This document shows, piece by piece, positions 1 to 9,296 of a DNA stretch of 64,000 bases; within the stretch, counting starts at the first letter, position 1; each line of letters starts with the position of its first letter. The stretch is from NCBI GenBank assembly GCA_032128875.1, contig JAVLKG010000002.1, forward strand, positions 160,001 to 224,000, in the 5' to 3' direction. The notes beneath the pieces were generated by a model. The model ran no database searches. It was not told where the DNA came from and was given only the letters and a program-made list of their open reading frames with translations. The DNA is from Candidatus Melainabacteria bacterium 17Bon1m (lineage in GTDB: Bacteria > Cyanobacteriota > Vampirovibrionia > Obscuribacterales > Obscuribacteraceae). The translations under genes and the position numbers were made by a program.

Positions 1-892
1 GACTGTCCATGTGAGCCGCTTGCGATTGCAAGTCTTCTTGGTTTTTCGCCAGATCAACTGCACGTTGGCAATGCTCTACCGCCTTTGTGATATCGCCGCG
101 TTTCAACCACGCGTTGCCGATGTTGCCGAGCCAGATTCCGACGCGCCGCTGGTCCTCTGCTTTCTCGGAGAGTGTGAGCGCTTCTTCATAGCACTTCGCT
201 GCTTCCTCGTAGCGTTTTGCCTCGAACATCGCATTGCCCTGGCTTCCGCGACAGATGGCTTGCGTTCTTCTATCTTGGGTGAGACCCGCTTCGTTGAATG
301 CTCGTGCGAAGTAATCGTTAGCGTCGTCGTACAAGCCGAGCTCGGTGTACGCCAAGCCGAGACTGCCTAGCCATGCGGCTTTGTTGGGTGTGTCGTCGCG
401 CACCTCGATGGCGTGGCGGAACCATTCTATAGATTGCTCTGCCCAACCTTTTTCTAAGTACAAGCGACCGAGATTGCCGAATGCGATTTCCATGCCGTTG
501 CGGTCTTCGCATGTGTAGGCGGCGTCGAGTGCGCGCAGGAAGTATGCGATGGCGTCGTCGGCATGACCGTCGTCGCGGTATTGTTCTGCCAAAAGTAGCG
601 ACGCGTGCGCTTCGACTTTGGCGAGTCCGAATTCGCGCGCGGTCTCGATGGCTGTTTTGAAGGCGGCGACGGCTTTGTCCATCTCGCCTGTGTGAGCCAA
701 CGAGATGCCCTGATAGCTGGAAAATACAGCAATCGCGCCGTGGTCGCTCACCTCTTTGGCGAGTGCCACAGCTTTCTCGTAAAAGCCTATTGCTGAGTTG
801 TAGTCGCCTTTCTGAAAAGCTGCCCAGCCTTTATCGCCCTGGGCTTCCATGGCGGCTCGTTGCTTTTCCAGATTGACGGGTTCGTTTCCCAT
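1..892 (-). CDS. TPR-repeat protein (runs off the window start)
   Basis: Not in the ORF track because no stop lies in the window. Read manually from ATG at 892: MGNEPVNLEKQRAAMEAQGDKGWAAFQKGDYNSAIGFYEKAVALAKEV..., with repeated TPR helices (GNLGRLYLEKG, GSLGLAYTELG, GNIGNAWLKRG). Confidence 0.85.
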   Translation of the reverse strand, partial: MGNEPVNLEKQRAAMEAQGDKGWAAFQKGDYNSAIGFYEKAVALAKEVSDHGAIAVFSSYQGISLAHTGEMDKAVAAFKTAIETAREFGLAKVEAHASLLLAEQYRDDGHADDAIAYFLRALDAAYTCEDRNGMEIAFGNLGRLYLEKGWAEQSIEWFRHAIEVRDDTPNKAAWLGSLGLAYTELGLYDDANDYFARAFNEAGLTQDRRTQAICRGSQGNAMFEAKRYEEAAKCYEEALTLSEKAEDQRRVGIWLGNIGNAWLKRGDITKAVEHCQRAVDLAKNQEDLQSQAAHMDS

Positions 893-1127
893 CTAGGACC
901 TCAGGAGGTACGCCTCCCCTCCATATTGAAGGATATCTACTTTTCAGCCAGGACGAAAGCTGCCATTGGGCGTTGGTTGATTGATTGGTTGGTTGTGGGC
1001 TGGTCGCTTGGTGCATGAACGGAAGTTCTGCCGGACCCTTTCATCCTTTGGTTGAACGTATCTATCCGGCAAGTGGCAAATTTGGACAGGCGAGCCGTCT
1101 ATAGGTTTCTAATGTTGGGAAACGCTT

Positions 1128-1390
1128 GGGAGCGCGGGCGGCTCGCCCGCTTTGGGGTGGGTTCTTGGCGTGGGTGGTGATTCGTGGGGGCGCCGAATGA
1201 CGTGGGGGCACCGAATGGTGTGGGGGCGCCGATGACGTGGGGTCGCCGAATGGCGTGGGGGCGCAGAATGACGTGGGGGCGCCGAATGGCGTGGGGGCGC
1301 GTTGCACGCGCCCAGAGTTGCAAGCTGAAAAGGGCGATGCATGGCATCGCCCTACAATTTTTCGATGCCGGCGAGCCGCCGGCGCTCCCA
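1128..1390. repeat. REP-like palindrome cluster with a 17-18 bp tandem array
   Basis: Contains GGGAGCGCGGGCGGCTCGCCCGC (1128-1150) and six CGTGGGGGCGCCGAATG(A/G)-like units (1183-1289) ending in the full palindrome CGTGGGGGCGCGTTGCACGCGCCC (1290-1313). Also an inverted GTAG-type copy (1332-1355) and an inverted TGGGAGC-type copy (1367-1390). Confidence 0.85.
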
Positions 1391-1392
1391 GG

Positions 1393-2616
1393 TTAATAAG
1401 TCCCGTGACGGTACGTATACGAACCGTAAGTAGCCGTGGGTGGTGGCATTTTCGCCGAGATGTACGGTGCAGCGGCGCGCGGTGCACTGGCTACCTGGCG
1501 AACAGCGACGACTTTTGGTCCTTTGCTGTAGCGATTTTTCGGGCGCATTTGCACGACATTACGCGGCTTTGCAAAGCCGGCGCTGTGAATGTTCGAGGTA
1601 AAGCCGGCTTTTGCCAAATGTTGTTGACCGCCGCCGTGCCACGAACCGAAGTAAGCTTTTGGTGCTGCTGGGCGCATACTGCCGCGACCCATTCCCATGC
1701 TGCCCATTCCGGGAGCCATACCAGGGCTTGCCATTCCAGCGCCCATGCCTGCTCCCATTCCGGCGCCCATGGCTGCGTCGCCACGTCCGCCGCGGATGAA
1801 GTTTTTCAGTTGAGCTTCCGGAACCAAATTCAGCGGAAACGGCGCAGGACCTGCGGTTCCTTGCTGTTGTGGTCTGTCGAGATTGCCTATAGGTGCGTTG
1901 AGTTGGCGCTCGATGTCGGCTTCTTTGGCGGTGAAAGGCGCAAAGTTTTGCGGCATTACAGGCGCTTGAACTAGCGAAGCGCCGGCTTGCGAGATCATTT
2001 TCTCGTCGCCTTTCGGCTCGCCGAGCCAATCGTCCATTCTGTCTTGGAGAGATTGTTTCGCTGTGTGCTTCGCATTCTTGAGATTCTTGGCTGACGGTGC
2101 GGCTCCCATGTGATGTGCACCAGCAATCGCTTGACGCGCCATCGCTACTGCATTGTCGCGAAGGCTTCCGGAGCCTGCGCCCAAGCCCTTCGGAACCATG
2201 TTCGCCAAACTTTGCGGCTGGCGGTAAGCGGCTCTAGGTGCCGGATACTCGGCATATTGAGACTGCGAAATATTGCCTGCGAGCTGCGACGGGTCAAACG
2301 CCATGCGCGGCGTTTGTGCCACGAGCTGCATGTCCAGGTCGCGCTGCGAAGGCAGCTTGCTGACCTTATGCATTGGCTTCAAGCGCGCAACATACGCGTC
2401 GAAAGAGCGGTCTCCGCTGCTGATCTTCTCGGGAATCGAGACCTTCATTCTCGACGACGGCACGTCAGCCTTGCCCTTCTTTATAGAAGCGAGGTTGCTC
2501 TTGAGCCAATCGCCCGTGTCGGCGTGCCCTTCCTCGGCTGCAGGTGCCATTTGGCAGAATGCAATCGGTAAGGACGCTGCGATGTTGACGCTGAGAAGTA
2601 GTGCAGATAGTTTCAT
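1393..2616 (-). CDS. Hypothetical exported protein, Met/Gly/Ala-rich low complexity
   Basis: 407 aa ORF with a signal-peptide-like N-terminus (MKLSALLLSVNIAASLPIAFC) and MGAGMGAGMGAGM repeats. Confidence 0.7.
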   Translation of the reverse strand: MKLSALLLSVNIAASLPIAFCQMAPAAEEGHADTGDWLKSNLASIKKGKADVPSSRMKVSIPEKISSGDRSFDAYVARLKPMHKVSKLPSQRDLDMQLVAQTPRMAFDPSQLAGNISQSQYAEYPAPRAAYRQPQSLANMVPKGLGAGSGSLRDNAVAMARQAIAGAHHMGAAPSAKNLKNAKHTAKQSLQDRMDDWLGEPKGDEKMISQAGASLVQAPVMPQNFAPFTAKEADIERQLNAPIGNLDRPQQQGTAGPAPFPLNLVPEAQLKNFIRGGRGDAAMGAGMGAGMGAGMASPGMAPGMGSMGMGRGSMRPAAPKAYFGSWHGGGQQHLAKAGFTSNIHSAGFAKPRNVVQMRPKNRYSKGPKVVAVRQVASAPRAAAPYISAKMPPPTATYGSYTYRHGTY

Positions 2617-2916
2617 CAGGATGCCGTTCCGCTTTAGCCAGAGGGTGGATGGAGAAGAAGTGCGCTATGCACACGGGGCACTCGGGGTGTGAGTGGCTCG
2701 CCGATGACATGAGTTTATAAATGGTAGGTTGCTAAGTCACTGGGAAAAGTACGCAAGCGATTGCCTGAACTAACTTTTCGAGCGATGAGGGTGGGAATAT
2801 TCCCCTCTTGGCAACGAGGCGTTTAATGTTTTGAAAGGGGTTCGACAGACTCGGATTAATCTTTGGGCGTTCCAAATTCAAGTGTCGATTGCGCTGAAAA
2901 ATCTTCCTTGCGCTGA

Positions 2917-3357
2917 CTATTTGTTTTTTTCTTTGTCCTGGAACGATTTGTATTCTTTGTATTCTTGGCTTTCTAAGATTGTTTGTCTAATCGACTCTGC
3001 AATTGAAATGGGGGGAGTTTCGCTGGCAGCCTCTTGCGTCTTTGCGCGCTCGCGCCAAAACTTGGCTTTTTCCGCGTTTTTCTCAACGTAGATGCCCTGA
3101 TCGTGCCATTCTGCGAGGCGTGCCTGTGCCTTTTCAACGCACCCCTCTGCCGCCTGTGTATATAGCTGGTGAGCCTTCTCGAGATCTTGCGGTACTAATT
3201 CGCCTTGCTCGTAATACCAACCGACCTCATAAGCCGCAATGGGAGAGCCCTTCTCAGCCTCAAGCGCGTTTTGAAAGCACTCGAACGCTTCCCGTAAATT
3301 GCCTTTCTCGCGGGCTGCATAGCCTGCGTACAGGCTTTTCATAAATGAGTTTGCCAT
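2917..3357 (-). CDS. Sel1-like repeat protein
   Basis: Sel1 motifs AAYEVGWYYEQGELVPQDLEKAHQLYTQAAE and AQARLAEWHDQGIYVEKNAEKAKFW. Confidence 0.85.
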   Translation of the reverse strand: MANSFMKSLYAGYAAREKGNLREAFECFQNALEAEKGSPIAAYEVGWYYEQGELVPQDLEKAHQLYTQAAEGCVEKAQARLAEWHDQGIYVEKNAEKAKFWRERAKTQEAASETPPISIAESIRQTILESQEYKEYKSFQDKEKNK

Positions 3358-3379
3358 GAAATCTCGCTGTGGGTGCGGT

Positions 3380-4063
3380 TTAGTCCCAGACTAAACGATA
3401 ACCGACTCCGCGCACAGTGAGTATATGCTTGGGCTGGCTGGGGTTTTCCTCGAGTTTTTCGCGCAGATATCTGATGTGAACATCCACCGTGCGGCTCTCT
3501 CCAAGGAAATCGGAGCCCCATACTTGAGCGAAAAGTTGGTCGCGGGTAAAGACTCGATTGGGGTGTTTCGCCATTGCAGCCAGCAATTCGAACTCTTTGA
3601 AAGTGAGATCAATCTGCTGATTGTTGACCGAAACCGTGCGGCTGTCCATGTCTATGAACAATGCACCCAGTCGTAAACCTTTGGGAGCGGGCGCTGCGCC
3701 TGGCGCTTCACGTAAATGCGCTTTGACGCGTGCGACCAATTCGCGCAGCCTGACCGGCTTGGCGATGTAATCGTTGGCGCCGAGTTCGAGTCCGACCACA
3801 GTGTCAATCTCGGAAGTCCGCGCCGTGAGCATGAGTATCGGGGTCTTGCGGTCCTGGCTGCGAACGCGTCGGCAAACCTCATAACCGTCCAGCCCCGGCA
3901 TCATCAGGTCCAGGATGATCAGGTCGGGCTTTTCCGATTCGGCAACTTGAATAGCCTTAATCCCATCGTGGGCAAGCAATGTGCCAAAGCCTTCCTGATT
4001 CAGCACGTACTGAATCGAATTGGCGATATCTACTTCATCATCGACGATAAGTATCTTTTTCAT
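3380..4063 (-). CDS. OmpR/PhoB-family response regulator
   Basis: REC domain (ILIVDDE, DLIILDLMMPG, KP) and winged-helix motifs (LTFKEFELL, RTVDVHIRYLREKLE, TVRGVGY). Confidence 0.95.
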   Translation of the reverse strand: MKKILIVDDEVDIANSIQYVLNQEGFGTLLAHDGIKAIQVAESEKPDLIILDLMMPGLDGYEVCRRVRSQDRKTPILMLTARTSEIDTVVGLELGANDYIAKPVRLRELVARVKAHLREAPGAAPAPKGLRLGALFIDMDSRTVSVNNQQIDLTFKEFELLAAMAKHPNRVFTRDQLFAQVWGSDFLGESRTVDVHIRYLREKLEENPSQPKHILTVRGVGYRLVWD

Positions 4064-4299
4064 CTAACCCTTCAGACGTTTTCTCACTCAACAAGTGGTT
4101 CATAGTATCATCGACTTTGATAGCAGTACTGCTTGATTTGCTCCAATTTTCGATTGCATCGAAGAGCGGAATTCTTTAGATATCCTGGGATATCCGTGGA
4201 TATGTATAAAGTAGCCAAATTGGCGCCGCATGTAGCCAAACATGAAGCGGCTTCGGGGCGGTACTCGCTGGAATGTGATGGGGCAGGATTCTTTTAGCA

Positions 4300-5616
4300 A
4301 TGTCCGGTAAACACAAACATCGATTCGAGCGCATTTTCGCCCTTGTTTTGGCGTCGCTGGCGATATTGTGGCCGGATTCTGTGGCGCTTTCGGCGACCAA
4401 GAAGCCCGAGACTGACTCGAAACAACCAATGGTGTGGCCGACTTTTGGTCCATATCCGCCAATGGTGCACCCCGTGCGCATCGGCATCGGCACGCGTGCC
4501 TCGGTGGCACGTATTGCTGTATGGTCGCCTGGTTTTGTGTTTGTTGACAATCGCCCTTTGATGCCGCTGAAGCCTCAGGTTATTTACCAAATCACTCCCG
4601 GCAGAATTACAGAACTCGCGACCGGTCGCTCTACTGCTCTGCCACTGGATAGACGCACCCAAATTGCGGCGCGCGATATGAGTGGAACGTATGCAGTGTG
4701 GGCGAACAACCGCTGGTGGCGTGGAAGTTTGGAACTGATTTTGACGCGCGGTGTAACCACTATCAATTTGCTCGACTTGGAAGATTATTTACAAGGTGTG
4801 GTTCCGTCAGAGATGCCTGCAAGCTGGCAGCTTGAAGCATTGAAGGCGCAGGCAGTCGCCGCTCGGAGTTATGCTGTAGCCCACTTGGGTAAAGGTTCTA
4901 AGTGGCTGAACAGCGAAGGCTTTGACCTCGTTCCTGATGTGCGCGACCAAGCGTATAAAGGTTTGGCGGCTGAGGCGAACTCGACTCGTATTGCGGTTTT
5001 TCAAACGCAAGGAATTATTCTTCGCGACGCCGGACGAATCAAGCCCGGTTTTTATCGTGCCACCGTGGGCGATTACTACGAAAATTTGAACATCCGCACG
5101 AAGTCTGTGCCGAAGAGCTCTGTTGAGAAAGTCACTGGCGTTAATGGTGTTGTCGGTATCACTGTGAAACAGTGGACAATCAATGGTGATGCGCATTCGA
5201 TTCAAATTATGGGATCGAAACGATCCAGAGAAGTTGATGGAAAGTCGTTCGCAAGAATGTTGGGGTTGTCGACTCCTGGCATACTTGATGTTCGCGAGGA
5301 TGGCAGCAACTGGGTCTTCACTTGCCGCGGACCAGGCAATGGTGCTCGCGGTTTGAGCCAACATGGTGCCAACGCGCTGGCGAAACGCGGCTGGCGTTAC
5401 GAACAAATTTTGCAGCACTACTATCAGGATCCTGATGGTCAGCTGCGTCTGGAATTCATCGATCGCTCCAGCTTTGCTGCCGCTGCGGCTGCCGCTGCTG
5501 CCCGCTATCGCATGCCGTACGCGCGCCCGCCTAAAGGTGGACGTGCTGCCGCGCCTCAGCCTGAGCCGGAAGAAGAAGAATCAAGCGACGAAGAAGAAAA
5601 AGACGAGAAGAAATAA
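4300..5616 (+). CDS. SpoIID/LytB domain lytic transglycosylase-like protein
   Basis: Family motifs LEDYLQGVVPSEMPASWQLEALKAQAVAARSYA, DQAYKG and GLSQHGA...YEQILQHYY; N-terminal hydrophobic segment. Confidence 0.85.
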   Translation: MSGKHKHRFERIFALVLASLAILWPDSVALSATKKPETDSKQPMVWPTFGPYPPMVHPVRIGIGTRASVARIAVWSPGFVFVDNRPLMPLKPQVIYQITPGRITELATGRSTALPLDRRTQIAARDMSGTYAVWANNRWWRGSLELILTRGVTTINLLDLEDYLQGVVPSEMPASWQLEALKAQAVAARSYAVAHLGKGSKWLNSEGFDLVPDVRDQAYKGLAAEANSTRIAVFQTQGIILRDAGRIKPGFYRATVGDYYENLNIRTKSVPKSSVEKVTGVNGVVGITVKQWTINGDAHSIQIMGSKRSREVDGKSFARMLGLSTPGILDVREDGSNWVFTCRGPGNGARGLSQHGANALAKRGWRYEQILQHYYQDPDGQLRLEFIDRSSFAAAAAAAAARYRMPYARPPKGGRAAAPQPEPEEEESSDEEEKDEKK

Positions 5617-5632
5617 TCGTTTTGCAGAGTTT

Positions 5633-5655
5633 GTGGCGGCGCGTTGCACGCGCCC
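5633..5655 (+). repeat. Single REP-like palindrome
   Basis: GTGGCGGCGCGTTGCACGCGCCC, the same core as the copies at 1290 and 31919. Confidence 0.7.
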
Positions 5656-5754
5656 AAAGATTGGAAAAACATCAGAGTAAAGTGAGAGTAACCGCATTAT
5701 AAATTTGGTCCAGAGTTCAGTAATCAGTTAGAAAGGCACCCCTAAGGAGCGAAC

Positions 5755-6678
5755 ATGTCCAGCCCAAGCGACACGCGCATCAAAACTAACTTTCTTGAGA
5801 ATCAAGCCAAGGAAGTATCCGACAAGAAGATGTCCAAAGGACCGCTCATTGCTTTTGGAATCGTTTTCCTCGCTGGTATCAGTTTTGCTGGCTATAAGGT
5901 GACGGAATTCTTGATGAATTACGAAACCATCGCCATGATGAAGAACATCGAACTCATCTTGGACAGCCCAACTACAAAGAATGGACAAGCGACTGTAGAC
6001 ATCGTTGTTCGTAACAACAATCCTTTTCCAGTGCAAAACTTTGAGATCGCCTACACTATTGATGGCACCACTGGTGGTAGCGTCTCGAAAGGCGTCGCGA
6101 AGATTGAAAACCTCGTGCCAGCCGCTGACGAGCGCAAGTTTGCCGCCGTTTCACTTGGCGCCATGAACGGCGAACCAGGCAAGATGCACGTTGATTTGAC
6201 TGGTGCAAAAATTTCTGAGAAGTCCAAATTGCCCGGCGACGTTCAGCAGCGAATTACTGATGCACTGTTTCTCAAAGAGCAAGACAGCCTTGCGGCATTC
6301 CAGCAATTGGACAAAGAGCTGCCCAACAATCCTGTGATTCTCAACGGATTGGCTCTGACATATGAAGAATGCAGTCAGAAAGACAAGGCGAAAGAGACTT
6401 ATGAGAAGTCGATTTCGACCAGTCAAGCCGGTGGTGTGAAGGGCGGACCTGATGCCGCTGAAGCTGCGACTCCGACTGCTACGCCAGCTGGAGAAGCTTC
6501 TTCCGCTGAGGCTGCTAGTGGTGCCACCCACAATTCGACTTTGGAAAACGCGCACTATCACCTCGGGCTCTTGCTTTTGAACACAGACAAGAAAAAGGCT
6601 CAAGCTGAGTTTGAAGCAGCCGCGCAGCTCGATCCCAACGATCCCGCCGTCAAAGCCGAACTGGAAAAACTAAAGTAG
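5755..6678 (+). CDS. Membrane-anchored TPR protein
   Basis: RBS AAGGAG upstream; N-terminal TM (LIAFGIVFLAGISFAGY); C-terminal TPR (AHYHLGLLLL...AEFEAAAQLDPND). Confidence 0.8.
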   Translation: MSSPSDTRIKTNFLENQAKEVSDKKMSKGPLIAFGIVFLAGISFAGYKVTEFLMNYETIAMMKNIELILDSPTTKNGQATVDIVVRNNNPFPVQNFEIAYTIDGTTGGSVSKGVAKIENLVPAADERKFAAVSLGAMNGEPGKMHVDLTGAKISEKSKLPGDVQQRITDALFLKEQDSLAAFQQLDKELPNNPVILNGLALTYEECSQKDKAKETYEKSISTSQAGGVKGGPDAAEAATPTATPAGEASSAEAASGATHNSTLENAHYHLGLLLLNTDKKKAQAEFEAAAQLDPNDPAVKAELEKLK

Positions 6679-6683
6679 AAAAG

Positions 6684-6879
6684 CGTGGGGGCGTGTTGCA
6701 CACGCCCGTTGTCGTGGGGGCGCGTTGCACGCGCCCGTTGTCGTGGGGGCGTGTTGCACACGCCCGTTGTTGTGGGGGCGCGTTGCACGCGCCATTTTTT
6801 GGGCGGCATGAATGCCGCGCCCTACAGCGGAGATTGGCTTAGGTAGCGGATGCTCTGGGAGCGCCGGCATCCTGCCGGC
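6684..6879. repeat. Four tandem 29-bp REP units plus two further REP types
   Basis: (C/T)GTGGGGGCGYGTTGCACRCGCCCGTTGT x4 (6684-6793), an inverted GTAG-type copy (6801-6825) and TGGGAGCGCCGGCATCCTGCCGGC (6856-6879). Confidence 0.85.
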
Positions 6880-7066
6880 TCTTCTATCCAAACACTTTTG
6901 AAACCGTCGCGCTGCAGGTCTGTTGGTCGGCTGCACCTTTTAGACTGTATTTATGCGCCGGGGAAGCCTGGTTCTTTCAAGGAGACCGGTCCGCTCAGCG
7001 CAAGCACTAGTAAGTTAAGCACGAAGCGACGTGTGGCAGATTTAAGACTCAGGAGCGAGAGTAATT

Positions 7067-7354
7067 TTGCATACAGTCAACTCAATCTATCCTGTAGTAA
7101 GTTTCTTTGCTAAGCGCGGTTTATTAACCGTACCAAGAGCCACTGTTTCTGCGGTTTGGTGGAACACTGGAAGTACTGTCGCCGATCTACCAATTGGATT
7201 AAACCAGGTATCACGGGCGGTGCTTACCGTATTTTGGGTAGCGGTTTGTAGCGCAGTTCTTTTAGTAACTTACACACTCATCAGCGCCATTTGTTTCGCG
7301 GAGTTGTTGAAGAATATTTCGAGCAAGCAGGCTGGTACCTGGCGGTCTCACTAA
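7067..7354 (+). CDS. Possible small membrane protein
   Basis: 95 aa ORF with TTG start about 11 nt after AGGAG and one hydrophobic stretch (AVLTVFWVAVCSAVLLVTYTLISAICF). No recognisable homology. Confidence 0.35.
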   Translation: MHTVNSIYPVVSFFAKRGLLTVPRATVSAVWWNTGSTVADLPIGLNQVSRAVLTVFWVAVCSAVLLVTYTLISAICFAELLKNISSKQAGTWRSH

Positions 7355-7373
7355 ATCCTATTGAGAGGATAGT

Positions 7374-7606
7374 GTGGGGGCGAGATACATCTCGCCCGGC
7401 ATCTGCTAGTCGCCGACGCACCAGAAAAAGGTCGCATGCAATGCGACCCCACAGAAAGCTGTGAGCATGTAATGCGACCCCACAGAAAGCCGTGAGCATG
7501 CAATGCGACCCCACAGAAAGCCGCGAGCATGCAATGCGACCCCACAGAAAGCTGTGAGCATGCAATGCGCCGTTACAAAAACGGGCGTGTGCAACACGCC
7601 CCCACG
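7374..7606. repeat. REP cluster with a 31-bp tandem array
   Basis: GTGGGGGCGAGATACATCTCGCCC (7374-7397); units GCATGCAATGCGACCCCACAGAAAGCYGYGA starting at 7434, 7465, 7496 and 7527, plus a partial unit at 7558; inverted REP at 7583-7606. Confidence 0.85.
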
Positions 7607-7610
7607 CTTT

Positions 7611-8624
7611 TTACCAAACGCCCATAACAGAGCTGGCTGCCGGCGCAGTCATTGCGACGAATCCGCCCTGTTGCGTGCGAGCTTTGTCCATGCGCAGCTG
7701 ATCGAGCTTGCGGTACATCAATTGCACCGTTCCCGAATTTTTGCCGTAGGCGTTTTCGTAGATGTCGATAACGCGCTGGTAGAGAGCTTCCGCTTCCAGC
7801 TTGTTGCCTGCTTCTTCGAAGATCTCTGCCATTTTTGCGATGCAGCTTGCGACGCTCAATCCTTGCGGACCGTGCACTGCTTCGAGAATGATTACTTGGC
7901 GTTTCAGTATTTCCGTCGCCTTGTCGAAATTGCGGAGAGCCTGATAAACACGGGCAAGTTCAGTCAATGTGTTGTTGGTTTCAACCGCAAAAGGACCATA
8001 CGCAGCTTCTTCCACAGCAAGCGCGCGTTCGTACAACGGCAATGCCGCCATGTAATCGCCTTGACGTGAATAGCACTCAGCGAGCCGGTTTAGCGCGAAC
8101 ACCATGGAGATATTATCAGCGCCGACGACTTCTTCCTGCAATGTAATCAGGAAACGATACAGCGCTTCTGCGGCGTTTTGTTTGCCGATCTTCTCGTATA
8201 CGTTTGCTACTTGCTCGACTGTTTTGTTGTAGAGCTCATCTACCGGTGATGTGGTCAAAGACCGCACGCGAAGTAGTGTTTCGGCGAACTCTTCAGCTAG
8301 CTGGTAGCGTCCAAAATTCGTGTAGAAAGTGCAAATATCTTCGAGGCACTTTTCTGTCTCGGGATGCTCTTCACCCAGTGTCGTCATCTTCATGTCGAGC
8401 GCGGATAGGAAGAGTCGCTCTGCATCAGCATTGCGGCCCTGCTCGAGAAAGCGCTGCGCCATCACTGCGGGATCAACGCTGATTTCGACGGTTTCTTTAC
8501 TGTAGTAATTATCGTTCTCGGTGCTCGTTATCTTCGGCTCGTGGCGTTTGTGCCGCGAATGCTGGCGAGCGGGGGCGTTTGTGAGCATCGCCTGGGGGCC
8601 TCTTATGGGGCGTGAGTATTCCAA
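7611..8624 (-). CDS. TPR protein (kinesin-light-chain-like TPRs)
   Basis: Motifs LGEEHPET, ALNRLAECYSRQGDYMAALPLYERALAVEEAAYGP and AEALYQRVIDIYENAYG. Confidence 0.85.
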   Translation of the reverse strand: MEYSRPIRGPQAMLTNAPARQHSRHKRHEPKITSTENDNYYSKETVEISVDPAVMAQRFLEQGRNADAERLFLSALDMKMTTLGEEHPETEKCLEDICTFYTNFGRYQLAEEFAETLLRVRSLTTSPVDELYNKTVEQVANVYEKIGKQNAAEALYRFLITLQEEVVGADNISMVFALNRLAECYSRQGDYMAALPLYERALAVEEAAYGPFAVETNNTLTELARVYQALRNFDKATEILKRQVIILEAVHGPQGLSVASCIAKMAEIFEEAGNKLEAEALYQRVIDIYENAYGKNSGTVQLMYRKLDQLRMDKARTQQGGFVAMTAPAASSVMGVW

Positions 8625-9296
8625 TGTTTCACCTATTTATTTGGAGAAACCCGGAACTGCGCTTGAATGGAAGTTTGAATAGCGCAGTTCAATGATATGC
8701 AGGAGTCAGCCTAATGACAAGTATGTCCAACGCGTATATCGTGGGAAAAACCGCATGAAAAGCCTGACTCCATCAGTTCTATGACAACGTAATATATGAT
8801 CATTACTTCTAGGTAATATGGGAAAAAAGAGTAGTTTTTAAGTTACTCGAGCTAACGATTACCTAGCGGGCAAATTTCACACGTTGCTGGACGACCAACC
8901 TTTCGGAAGAGCCATCAACAAAGTCATTCGCAAGATCTCAACTATATGTAGTACACGCCATACGTACAAAAGTTTTGATCGATCCAAATAAAATTGCGCG
9001 CCAATAGGGACGCTTGATGATTCCCCGAACGCGCCGCCAGAGCGCAATACCTGGTGTCGTGGGCAGCGATAGCCCTCGATCATCCCCAACGCCAGCCTTA
9101 AAAAACTGACCTTGGTGTGACGCGGTAACAGGTCAACGGTTCCCGCCGGTTTCCTAAAACTTTCACGCCCGCCTAAAGCAGTTCTAAGCAAGCGTTAAAC
9201 CAGTTATGTGGACAGCTGTCCCGCGGCAGGCATATCATTGAGGTCGCCTGTTGAAAACCAGGCGATGGCACCCATGGATTTATTCCAAAGTAAAAC

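Noticed and set aside
1062-1487. Several overlapping ORFs with repetitive peptides (APPRHS, WGRRM); similar ORFs at 6600-6936, 7281-7597 and 31739-32145
   Set aside because: They are artefacts of GC-rich tandem and REP repeats lacking stop codons.
7430-7570. 31-bp periodic repeat as a CRISPR array
   Set aside because: The units are contiguous with no unique spacers. The same applies to 6684-6793 and 1183-1313.
8877-9191. 104-aa minus-strand ORF in the intergenic gap
   Set aside because: It has a TTG start, no clear RBS and no recognisable features, so I cannot support it.
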